From Ophelia neglecta (taxonomy: Eukaryota): 64,000 bases of DNA. Shown here one piece after another: positions 1-9,775 of this stretch. The notes beneath the pieces are model-generated. The model saw only the letters and a program-made list of their open reading frames with translations. It did no database searches and was not told where the DNA came from. Location: NCBI GenBank assembly GCA_965285935.1, contig OZ260662.1, positions 17,980,001-18,044,000 of the forward strand. Direction: 5' to 3'. The position numbers and the translations under genes were made by a program. Numbering within the stretch: the first letter of the stretch is position 1; each line of letters opens with the position of its first letter.

Positions 1-309
1 GGAGATCAACTCCAGAGCACTGTTTTTAAGCTGAATATCATTGAAACCAAGCGATGAAGCATAAGGGGTCTGCCTTCTTATCTAGACATATTGATAATTC
101 GCCGGGCTTGCTTTCATAGAGTTTGATTTGAACCAGTCAATTGCCACATTTGCTTTCTGCTCCCGAGTGTGGGCTACCATGTCCTGGCTATCCTCAACAA
201 CTGTGATGGCATTGTCATCAGCATAATTTGAGAGTCTAGAAGCTTCCATGGGGAGAAGTAGGTCATTCCTGAAGGAATTGAAAAGGTCTGGCCTGACTGA
301 GCTATTCTA
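1..309 (-). mobile_element. Decayed non-LTR retrotransposon (CR1/L2-like) reverse transcriptase fragment
   Basis: The minus strand translates SVRPDLFNSFRNDLLLPMEASRLSNYADDNAITV...AIDWFKSNSMKASPANYQ*, matching the LINE RT pattern GP.LF..F.NDL...YADD...WF..N.M..NP. YADD is at 214-225, followed by a stop. Confidence 0.85.
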
Positions 310-2209
310 CAAACTGCCCCTATCCCCCATGCTGCAGGGCAAAATATAAACCTAAGTGTAACATAAATAGGCTCTGATTGGATGGTAATCAGTGTATGTT
401 TAACATTTGTAGGTCCTGTAGAGCGAAATGGATCAGCTCAATTCTAATGAATAAAACATTTATTTAACTATGTGTCCAAGGGAATTGATTCATTAGCTTC
501 TATTAATTAACTCTATGAGGGCTTGTCCGGGGTCTATGGGTGCAAGAGTACAATAAGGTCAGGAAGCGTAGAAACACTGATTCCCCCGAAATAAGCCGAC
601 CAGTCGTTTTCTTGGGTGAAGGTCGCCACCTTGCGGAGAAAAGAGCAGGTCAGCGCATAACGAAATACAGAAATACATGCATACTCTATAGGTGGCACGA
701 TTTGTGGACAAACTCTTAATTCTAAATGTAGGTTTAAGTCCAGAGTCTCAACCTGGTCACAGATGGGAAATGTACTTAAAGCTATTGGCTCAAGCACAGA
801 TTGGTGACCTTTGAATTGATTTATGGCCTTCGAATATGTGAATTGAAAGTTAATTTACTGATTGGATTGAGAAAACCATTGTAACTCTTATGTGTAGACT
901 GCGATAGGTATTTGAGGTGCCACCTCAGTTAGTAAAACGCTTATCTCCCATTCATCATTTCTCTCACAGCATCCTGTCTTTTTTCTGATTGATCAGTGGT
1001 TTGTACTCAGTGGCTTGTACGGAATGTTTACTTTACGATAAGACCGCGGAATGATACAAAGCATATACCGATTTGTCACGTGACAATTTAAGCAGCCAAT
1101 CACAACATATAGAACGCGTGGGGTCCACAATTTACTTAAAGCATTGCCGACAAGGGGTTTGGCCTGGGGCCTGTAGCCCGATAAAAAGGAAGCTATATGA
1201 CAGTTCCCATCTTGATAAGTCTCCCCCCCCCCCCTTTCCATTGATTCTGGTAAAAATTCAACACCTTTTTGTTCGGGAAAACGCTAATTTACCTTTCTTA
1301 GAAAACAGTTTTTTTCCAAAAAAAAAACATGGACGTTTTCAACAGTAGCTCTTTTAAGGTGAAGAAAGGAAATGCTTAGTAATTCCGTTTGACAGAGTTA
1401 TTCGACCAGAGAAAATACACATTAACTGCTCAGGAAGTGCAGGCCCTGGGGTTGTATGCTCCCATGAAAAAAAATGGTGGCTAACTTCGCGCATCGTTTA
1501 TTCCCGTGAAGCAGGCTTATTCCGCGCACGGTAAATAATGGGCGAATTTACCCTACTTTAATCAATAGGTAAAGGTGATACTCCGAAGAGATCGACCCCC
1601 CCCCCCCCCATGTGGGAGGGAAGATCAACCACACACACACTTCCGTTGTTTACTGAAGTTCTTTGTGGGCACAAAGATGAACGGTCCCCTATTCTGGCCC
1701 ACTGCTACCCTGCAATCCCAGAGGTGTCCTCTTTAAGTTCACTCTGAGTGCATGCTGTGACCTGGTTCGACCACCATATTATACTGAAACCCAATCAGAT
1801 CCACTGAAGGCTAAGATAACGACTATCTTGATTAATGACGGGTCCCGTAGAAGGAGCACACCCCGCTGGTTCCAGTACGTAGCCCAATTGACCGGCCACT
1901 GGAGCAAATAATGTGTCATGCATATATTCATTTGAGGAGACAATACATTTTGAAGCCCCTCGAACACGAGAGAAGTTAATCGAGGAACTGGAGGGGGAGG
2001 CGAAGGTGGGATGGGGGTAGGGTAGGGAGGGCAGCGGGAGTGAGGCATTGTATCCGTCGGTTTATGCGGAATTCTGCCTTATTTTCGTTACAGAATTGTG
2101 TATTGAATTCAGCCCTCTGTCGGGGGCATAGACCCGAGTATCCCCCCCCCCCCCCCACACACACACACACACTTTGTATGAGGCTCCCAAAGCGCATTAG
2201 CTAACTTAA

Positions 2210-2612
2210 AGCCGACATTTCAGTTTGCATAATTTCAACTCATTTCTAGACGCATGCGCTCATTGTGGGCCGAATTCGAAAGAGATCCATAGAGATAAAA
2301 TACAGATATGGTGTGCCTGGTAGACAGCCGGCGTTTGACGAATAGCCAAATCATGCCGAGATGATAGACAGAGACGCTTTGCCGAGAAACTAAAGCATGC
2401 CCGCCTATAAGAGCCTGTGGATTATAGTAGCTCCCGGCAGGCCACTGTTCGCGTCGTCTGCTTGCGTCTACGATTAACGGGCAAAAGCGAGCTTTTCAAC
2501 AGGCAATTTGGTTCTTTGGCATATGAAGTTCTTTGATTTCGGATGAAACATTGGCTAAATAATCGGCGTTATGTGTGACCCTTTGAAAATTGAATAGCAG
2601 TGCAGGGTATCT
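2210..2612. mobile_element. Possible TTAA-flanked non-autonomous DNA transposon (Kolobok-like)
   Basis: A CpG-rich 403-bp block bracketed by TTAA|AG... and ...CT|TTAA (TTAA at 2206-2209 and 2613-2616). TIR identity beyond the termini is weak. Confidence 0.35.
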
Positions 2613-3225
2613 TTAAAAATAGGGTAAAATGTATATAATATACAGAGCAGATGGGACATATTGATTTATTGGGTCATGTCTGGTAAAGTAATCATATAGA
2701 CATACAACCTACTCGACAGGCTAGTTTTATTGGTGGGAAGAATACTGTAGCAGAAAGGACTTCGACAGATGGGGGTATCCTCCCAGAAAGTGATCCGCTA
2801 CTGAACTCAGTAGATATAGATATATATATATGGAGAGAGAGAGAAAGAACCAGACTTTAATTTAAAACATTCTAACAAATGAGCATTTCTTCGGCAAATA
2901 CATTGTAGCAAGTTGCCTCGAAACTCTGTCCAAATTTTACTTCACATGTTTAGTCTTAGTGTATTCAAACACCCATGATAAGTCAACAGCCGAAATAATT
3001 CTCCCTGCAATGAACATATTTTGCTACAATTCTCTTATCTAAACCCCGTCCCTCCTTCTAAAAGTGGAAAAATACCCCCCCCCCCCCCCAACACTCCCTT
3101 GCTGGTAGATAATAATGGACGTTCTCCTGTACATTGGCAGTTACACAGATGAATTGAAGATCCATGAACGCCCAGAATGAAAACTAAAATACAAACGAAT
3201 GAGCAATATAAAGTAAAATACAAAC

Positions 3226-3764
3226 CCATGAGCGGAATAGCCAAGGAAGTCCGCGGAATATTGTCGGCTATCATCAATAGAAAGACTGTGAATGCTAGTA
3301 GTACAGATATCCCAAGGGAAATCTTCTCACCCGCGTCCGGAGGTAATAAGAACCCGATCATGATCAGGACGCTGAGCATGAGACACGGCAGGACAATATT
3401 CATGATGTAGAATTTGTACCGTCGCTTTAGGTGAAGTGTGAAAATAACATGTGGGTATCCCTTGCCCGGGCAACATTCCAGAACGGTGATGTTCCAGTGT
3501 GCCGAGGTGGCATACACGTGCCATTCTCCATTTAAACTAAAGTCGTGGGTACTGATGGTATCACTGGCGTTGGTAATGTTCATTTTACTACTATAGTAGC
3601 TATAGGCCCCTATCAACAGAGGGCAGTGCTGAGCGTCGAACGGGAAGTATTTAATATCAATGTCACAGGTGGTTCGGAAAATACCGCCCGGCTCCCAGTG
3701 GAGAGACCCGTCGTAATTCAGCAGCACGCGGATACGGTCGAAGTCTGGGATCAGCTCATCGGCC
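3226..3764 (-). CDS. nAChR-family subunit, coding exon 5 (loops E/B/F/C, Cys-loop, M1, M2, M2-M3 linker)
   Basis: Acceptor ATTTCAG| and donor ATGG|GTTTGT, 539 nt. Contains the Cys-loop CDIDIKYFPFDAQHC (C-x13-C), vicinal CC (ECCPGKGY), M1 (FYIMNIVLPCLMLSVL) and M2 (GEKISLGISVLLAFTVFLLMIADNIP). The supplied ORF 3035-3775 overruns into intron at both ends. Confidence 0.96.
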
Positions 3765-3898
3765 CTGAAATACATTAAAATAATCAGTAGATAAATGCGG
3801 CAGTGTTAAGTTACCCGAAGTCACCTATCCAGTTACGTTTGTGCTGCGTCTAGAATTCTAGCACGTTTTACATAATCAAATATATTCAGCGAAAACTA

Positions 3899-4430
3899 TC
3901 TATACTTATAAAATAACGAGGTCCGAAACCTTTGTTTTTGTATAGAAAAATGAGGCTTTGCGTCTCACGACCCGCAATATTTATGACATTGTGTGACAGC
4001 TTACAGCTCATACTTGTGCAATTTTGTTTCTGAGATTCATCGGGACGCTACAAAGGCAAAAATGAAGTAAAAAGATAGCTTGTGATGGGAGGCGAACCAG
4101 CCATCTTTTTCCTGCGAAAAAACTGTGCCATAGCTTACAAGCCTAGCGCCTAAACCACTAACCCATAGAGGCCGGTAGCGATCCACAATATACTTATAAA
4201 AGTTGGTCACATTTCCTACTGAAATGTTATTGATGTTTATATGTAGGCCTGTTCTGTTTTGTACAATTACCCGTTAGATACTTGTTGGAGTAGCCAGGGA
4301 ATGTATACCATACTATTGCATATATGAAAGCAAACGCGATACCGTAATAATGATCGTGCTCATGTAGGGTTTGCAGTAGTACAAGCAATAAACGATATGA
4401 TATTTAAAGGTGATAGAACCTGAGACCTAG
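3899..4430 (+). mobile_element. Non-autonomous Helitron-like element carrying an antisense tRNA-like/SINE head
   Basis: Inserted between A(3898) and T(4431). 5' end TCTATACTTATAAAAT, 3' end CTAG preceded by a short hairpin AGGT-gataga-ACCT (4408-4421). The minus strand has A-box-like TGGGTTAGTGG (~4155-4165) and B-box-like GGTTCGCCTCCC (4087-4098). Confidence 0.55.
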
Positions 4431-4959
4431 TGGGTACGATGGGGTGGTAGAGAGGAGGAGGGTGGTTTAATTTTAAAGGTTTCTAATTTTATAGGCGTAT
4501 TAATTTTCTATTATCCAGAAAGGGCAAGGCTGGGGTAGGTGGGGGTGGGGATGCTGACAGAGCAAGTTAGGGGAGTGTCGGGAACAAACAACGATGACTG
4601 CGGATGGTTGGGGGAGGAAAGAGGAGGAGGGTACATAGACGGGTATTTTGTTAATTATAGATGCGATGGGTTGTTGAGTGGCTATATTGAGGTGTAGGCA
4701 TCGAGTCGTTGCATGTGAAAAAAACCTGCTGTTAGGAGACCGGGGGGGGGGGGGGGGGTCAAAGTGAGCAAAGCGAACGGGTCTTTCCAGTTGTATAAAT
4801 TCTTTCCAGCCTCTAAATAAACTATAGCATTTGCGTATGAACATGCACCTTTTCTAGCACGTATTTATTGTCAAACCATTTAAATACCCCCCCCCCTTGT
4901 ATTCCCATATATAGTGTATGACAATAATTATTCAATAAAGAAATCTCCAGTCTACAGAC

Positions 4960-5069
4960 CCGTTCATCACAGCCAGCTCCGGTAGCCACAGCTTATCCGC
5001 CTTTATAATGATGTCAGTGAGGTTGCCGAATTTTTCCGGGTCCCACATGAGGCGGTCGTCTGTCCACTC
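4960..5069 (-). CDS. nAChR-family subunit, coding exon 4 (EWTDDRLMWDPEKFGNLTDIIIKADKLWLPELAVMNG; loop A)
   Basis: Acceptor TTTTCAG| and donor GG|GTCTGT. 110 nt, the size of the equivalent nAChR exon, with W-x-D-x-x-L-x-W and W-x-P-[DE] motifs. Phase 2 joins exon 5 (GG+G = Gly). Confidence 0.95.
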
Positions 5070-6806
5070 CTGAAAAGGCCAAACAATGAATAAAACGGTT
5101 GTATATAATGTTATCATAAAACAGCCATGATGGTGTCCTGGTGAGCTAAGCCAATAAAATTGGGTTTGGTACATGGTTAGTCGATAAATGGATATAAACT
5201 GGTATAGCATATAGGCTTGTATGCATAAAAAACGTTTTAAAGCCGTTCAAATGAGCCGAGGCATGCCTGTTCATTTAGAATAGGATCGGTCCACTCATGG
5301 GGAAAGGGGTGGAGCTGGCCCCATCCACACCCTACAAGTGCGAGGTCCCCCATTTCCGAAAACTGGTCTTTCTCCATGCTTAAGGGGCCCTTGTCCACTT
5401 CGACCACCACCATGTAAAAACTCTGACAAGAGGTCAAATCAAGCGGGGGAACAGACCGTTCGACTGAAGTTGCCGATTCCAAGCGTGTTCTGCTTGAACA
5501 TTCACTCAAGTATCAAAGTTTAAAAGTATTTACAAAGGATATTGAATATGTGATATACAATAATATTTTTTCTTCAGTGCCCCCGATATGCTACACCTCA
5601 CAAAGCCATCGTCTACTAACTCCATGGTTTGTAGATCGAGGATATTTTCGAGAGTATTTTTCTTCCAGGAGACAAATGAGCGTTCAGGGCGAAATGTGTA
5701 ATCTATATCAAAATCCTTGGAGGATACATACAGTATATGTATACATGTCAATGCACAATACGGCATTACCGGATGTGTCCGCACACGGAACCTCGGTTGA
5801 TGTGTTGAATAAACGTTTGAATAAACGAGATATATTCAGGGCCCACTATAACACGGTAGAAATAAAATGTTGATATCATCAGGCCGTTTCGCCAGTGTAA
5901 TTCATGCCTTGTTCAGACCTCTGTGGTCTTTTTAATGTATTTTTTTGCCAATTCATATTCTTGCTGAATTCAATAGGGCTTAATATCGCACAATTTTTTG
6001 GGAAATCTTGCAGTTGTATGGATCTATCATAAACCTCAGGCGTATAGACTATATTGGGCACAGGGGTGAGAGAGGAATGGGGTTTGGGGCGGGATTTAGG
6101 CGGTGTGCGGTTGGAGGGGGGGGGGGGTTGTCAGGAACAGGGCACGCCCCAACCCGTCTCCCCGAATTTCTTCTGAGAGCATTGAATATGCGAGGTCGGT
6201 GTCCCTATCTCTATCTCTCCCTTAGCCCCCACCCTCTCCTAGATTTATAGTTTCACCACTTTTCTTCAAATAGTGAGCATTCTAAATCCATTTTACCCAA
6301 AGAGCTAAAAATTAGAGATTTCGCTTTCTGGAATGTTCCGTTGTGAGGGCATCTTCCCTGGAAACTTTTGCAACAATGCAGGAAATGTTCATCTTATTAT
6401 TTTAGGTTATTTTTGCATCAAAAAATGCACCCACGCTCTTAGAATATAAGAAGTTTTTCCTGCGAAAAAACAGTGCGAACTACGTATGGATAAATTTTAT
6501 ATATAATGGTTCTGAATCGCTAACCTTTCCACGTCTAATGTACCTTGATCCCGTCTTACACTAGCAAATCTATAGCCTATAAAACGTGAATTCAAATGGT
6601 TTGGAATCAAGCTTAGCATTGGTCTTGTTAGCACCGAAAGTAATTGTGAAATCAGACCCATGCATTACGCCGACATTAACGTCAATTATATAACCCTCCA
6701 TTGATCAAACAGCTGGCGAGCTACGAACATCCGTCTGAAGCTTGTTCCTTATTTACTGTTGATTTTGTGCCTGAGAAGAGACTTGCCCAAGTGCCTTGGC
6801 TCTAAT

Positions 6807-6950
6807 CAGTGGCGGATTCAGGGCTCCCCTACCCCCCCCCCCCCACCCCATTTGCCAAAAGGTAAGCCTGGACCAGGGCCTATTTCTGGACCCACGCAAG
6901 GTGGTTTCAGAGTGTTGGTAAGGAAGACAATATAGACATTTGCAACGGGT
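6807..6950 (+). mobile_element. Truncated 5' half of the same CAGTGGCGGAT MITE family (second copy at 10395-10498)
   Basis: CAGTGGCGGATTCAGGG terminus plus internal CCAGGGCCTATTTCTGG..CACGCAAGGTGGTTTCAGAG.GTTGGTAA..GACAAT..AGACATTTGC shared with 11347-11575. Confidence 0.75.
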
Positions 6951-7944
6951 CTGATAATAGAGGTGATCTTTAATGCAGGTTTTACTTTATAGGACGAATA
7001 AAGGGCTCGAGAAATTTTCCTGCACTTTTAGCAGTATTGAGATATCTTGCTTCGCTACGTAAGTGGATAAGATGTTGGGCTTTAAGTCATAAATTTCACG
7101 AAAACGACCTGGATATCGTTAACCAGCTCACAGCGCCCGGAGCCGTATTAATACTGTAAGGTTCCTGATAGTCACGTGACAGTCAGTGAGCTTGATAATA
7201 TTGTAACAGTAAGGCATGTACATGTGATGCCTCGTGTTTGTGATACCCCTGTATATATTCATAACAGGATGGATCATGCAGTACCACCTATAACACCCAG
7301 TTAGCGAAAATATATTTTTTCGTTTTTCTTGGCGTACATATAAGAGACAACAAAATTGTCCACACAAAAAATGAACAGCGATCGAGCATACTGTCTTTCC
7401 TCGGCCGGAAGGCTAAATTAAAAGACGACCATTTAGCAGGATGACTAAGACATGTAGATATTCTGAAACCTATTCAAGGTTAGTGACAGGCATTCTTGAC
7501 ACATTCCAACCAGATAACTCTCAATTCTTTTTCAGCTTTCACAAATAATTCGACAGATGTCCGACAACAAGCCCAATAGTTTATTTTTACCTGCTATTTT
7601 AATCCTTCACCGAGCAAACTCACTCCCCTATTATCGTTGCTCTTTTATTTCAACCCTTTTCGAAGAGTAAAGGTGTTAGTTGAATTGCCCAAGTCAACAA
7701 ACACCTATGAATTTCAAATAAGAATTTGAAATTGTGGATTTGGAATTCCGTTTAAGTTAAAGTTGTCCTCTATGACCAAGTCTAAAAATGTGAAATAAAT
7801 TAATCCGGCCTATATTTCAATATATATATATGTATACTACTATGAGCTCTGGCTGCCTTAAAAACACAATAAACACTGTGTTTAACTCTTACAGTGTTTT
7901 TAACAGTGCTACTGAACCGATCTTTTTTAGCGACCGAGAAATAG

Positions 7945-8035
7945 AACAATGGTTGAGTCGGCTAGTTGAGTTTGGTGCATGGCGGTACTACAAATGATGT
8001 GGGATCGAGTCCCAGCCAAGTCAACAAACACCATT
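7945..8035 (+). mobile_element. tRNA-derived SINE head remnant (duplicate at ~11602-11692)
   Basis: A-box-like TGGTTGAGTCGG (7950-7961) and B-box-like GGGATCGAGTCCC (8001-8013) at tRNA-like spacing. No intact cloverleaf. Confidence 0.45.
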
Positions 8036-9775
8036 GAATATATATATATATTCAAATCCTATTTTACCTACCGTGCATGTATTAGACGGTTTTCTCGGTT
8101 AATCTAATTAATTAGGTCCACTGGGTGTTTCATAGTTACATTATTCATTAGCCTACCCGTCTTTATTCATGCTATAAAGTCCTATATAACCATTTATCCG
8201 TTTTCTTTCCTTAAGGGAGTGAGGTCTTCTTATCCACGTAGGCTCATATACGTATAATCTGGTACAATGGTGCCCGACCATATAGGGCAACTGAGAATTC
8301 CAATTACGGGGAGTGCTTTGGGGCCTCACCATTAAACTGCTTTTTAAGTTCTTACTATAACATTTTTACCTATATGAAAGCGGCCTTCATATAATCAAGA
8401 GTCAAGGTTAAAGGATACCGTACGTAAGACTAGTGTCCTGTTAACCCGCCAGGTCTCATGAATTAATGATAAGTGTAAAGATGATTGAAAAGCCTGCGAT
8501 CTTCCATAGCAGTTCCAGTAAGACCCGCCACGCGACCCACGCTCGAAAAACATTCATGTTATGGACTGGCGGGACTTGCGTTTTTTCAAGTAATCTGTCG
8601 CTCTTGTGCTCTATAGCTTTTCCACTTGTCAATTTGCTCCATGGTTACAAAAACAATCTAATGCTTTTAGAGTCTATACTCTCTGTGGCCTATGCAGAGA
8701 GATGCCAAACCGTTTTTTATTTATCTCAATGTTCAAGAAAACCTGACGGCTAGAAAATTCATTTGTCTTCCTGTGGATGCTTTGGCTTAGATTCTGCGCA
8801 ACATATGCCATTTTACTGGTGGTTTTGGGGCATGTCGACAGACCAGGATTAGCCTTACGGAGAAGAGGGTGGTATTGACTAGAGCCAAGTATATTTCAAA
8901 TGTCGTTTCAATGCTTATACCAATGGGGGTAGTTAGGAGGTTCCCATGCAGTCCCCAGTTTTAAATATAGGCACATTGTAAAACATTTTAAAATCCAGAT
9001 TTTTCATATCAGGGAATACGTTTTTTGATAAATTTAAAATGAATCCCAAGTCACGGGAAAAGGAAATGAATTCCAGCTCATAGTAAATGAAAATACTTGA
9101 TCCCGAAGAACGGACAAATGTCAAATCCCGACTCAAGAATAGTCTTAAAATCTAGGAAAACGGTCAGTGAAAAGGTCGGTTTTAACTCATTTCAACCTCA
9201 CCTACACCACCCCAATACCCCAGACACTTTCTGGGAATTAACACCCCTTCCGCATCCTTCCTTTTAATACCGTCATCCCTTCACAAGAATCTGACCGCCA
9301 CTGCAGACGACAGGGCAATTTTGCTGCTACTGACATGAGCATCAATTTGAGTCACTTTTGGATGCTATGCGCAAAGTACAGAAGAAAGTTTCCCTGTCCA
9401 AACGTAGGATAATTTTACATATCCGGCCCTATTTCCTGATGCGGCAGAATACAGTGACTTAGAGTTTAGTGTCCATTTAAGACTATGGGAATTCTTACTT
9501 TGTAGTTGAGGGAGGGGACAACGTACACAAAAGTACACTAAATCCCTTCCCCCTCCCCCCTCCCCCGGCTGCTCCTCGCCACATTTGGAAATTTATGAGA
9601 CAAAAAAGTGTTTTTTAACTTCCGGAAATAAAAGATTTTTTGGGGGGGCCAAGGTCAGTAAAAAAAAACGATGTTCTTTCGCAACAACAATAAATTGTCG
9701 CGAAAAACTACATAACATAATGTATTAATATAAAATTTGAAGAAAAAAGTTGTTTGATAATAGTATATATAGTAA

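Larger units (their letters stand above)
6174..9766 (+). repeat. Segmental tandem duplication, copy 1 (~3.6 kb)
   Basis: Starts TGAGAGCATTGAATATGCGAGGTCGG and ends TTGATAATAGTAT. Colinear with 9776-13467, with scattered substitutions and indels. Confidence 0.95.

Noticed and set aside
534-2048. Minus-strand ORFs (534-797, 1779-2048) as the missing M3/M4 exons
   Set aside because: No M3 (…VLN.HH), MA/'EW..VA.V.DR' or M4 motifs, and no matching phase-1 acceptor identified.
3310-3319. Perfect COE/UNC-3 motif TCCCAAGGGA
   Set aside because: It lies inside M2 coding sequence (ISLGI) and is largely dictated by the protein. No independent support.
4080-4175. Functional tRNA gene
   Set aside because: Only degenerate A and B boxes, too widely spaced and with an internal T6 run on the transcribed strand. 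No cloverleaf can be drawn.
3075-4896. Poly-G runs on the transcript strand after the weak exon 4 and exon 5 donors as splicing enhancers
   Set aside because: C/G homopolymers occur throughout the window in both orientations, mostly at MITE remnants, so the association is not distinctive.
3602-4967. A-to-I editing restoring the missing aromatic residues
   Set aside because: The codons are TAT, ATG and CTG. A-to-G changes cannot produce TGG or TAC/TAT at these sites.
8466-8753. 95-aa ORF present twice (also 12127-12414), and the 67-aa pair 8933/12594
   Set aside because: The repetition is explained by the segmental duplication. There is no recognisable domain, and the three amino-acid differences give no sign of coding constraint.
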